DNA of 64,000 nt from Microbotryum violaceum (taxonomy: Eukaryota), in the NCBI GenBank assembly GCA_001244265.2, contig CDLV01000007.1, positions 1,054,001 to 1,118,000 on the forward strand. Reading direction: 5' to 3'. Shown here piece after piece: positions 63,516 to 64,000 of the stretch. The position numbers and the translations under genes are program-made. The notes under the pieces were generated by a model. The model did not search any database. It was not told the origin of the DNA and saw nothing but the letters and a program-made list of their open reading frames with translations. How positions within the stretch are numbered: the first letter of the stretch is position 1; every line of letters begins with the position of its first letter.

Positions 63516-64000
63516 TCCGGTGACCCCGGTCGTCGGTGGTTGTTCAAAGGCTTTGTTAGAGAATAGTGCGGCCCTTCCTGTGCTTTTGCGGGATTGTCGG
63601 GCGGGGAACCTGGGCGAACCGAATGCCCAAGCGACCGGGACGTCGAGCGTGAACGCAAGCGCGTGTGGTCAAATGGTCCTCGTGTGGGGGAGAGGTCCAG
63701 GGGCGACTATGGTTGAATCGCAAGGACGTGCAGCGAATGGTGACGGGAAGAGAGAGCTGAGGGATGATTGTGTGCAGCACCTTGAGCAAGCATTAACCCA
63801 CGGTGGTGCGAACGCGTCCGTAGGCAAACGTCCCAGGCTGTTCGCAGCCGCCACAGCGAAAATCGACAGAGCAAAGGAACGGTCCGTTGTCCGTCGCTCG
63901 CACGGGCGCGAAGGAGAATGGCCTGAGCGCGCCCAGGAGAGCTCCCCCTCCCCAAAGCTCCTCTTCACAGGCCTTTGAGTTCCACATGTTGCAAACCAAA

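Overview
Intron-rich eukaryotic DNA from a basidiomycete fungus. The GT-AG introns with CTRAY branch sites and the gene set suggest a Microbotryomycetes-type yeast or smut; this is inference. About 20 host genes could be spliced by eye, including RTS1, SEC66, IAH1, PIG-X, RHO4, SAE2/CtIP, POS5, FRG1, PRP9, FAL1, a CBM21 PP1 subunit, TAE1, MIC12, a GPI-type Ser/Thr protein, DSC3, MSS51, a BTB-like gene and VPS23. Three accessory blocks interrupt them. (1) A complete 9,273-bp KDZ (Kyakuja-Dileera-Zisupton) DNA transposon at 1572-10844 has an exact 8-bp target duplication, diverged long TIRs, a damaged CxC-KDZ transposase and a convergent HMG-like cargo gene. It is inserted about 160 bp upstream of the RTS1 start codon. 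(2) A nested TE island at about 29.7-37.9 kb holds a CACTA/EnSpm transposase relic, a gag relic, diverged direct repeats and a solo LTR. It also hides a three-exon gene for a 76-aa, 8-cysteine secreted protein that the ORF track misses. (3) A decayed region at about 42.7-45.4 kb carries a second solo LTR. No CRISPR array, rRNA or tRNA was seen. Gene coordinates span introns, and exon boundaries are manual predictions.
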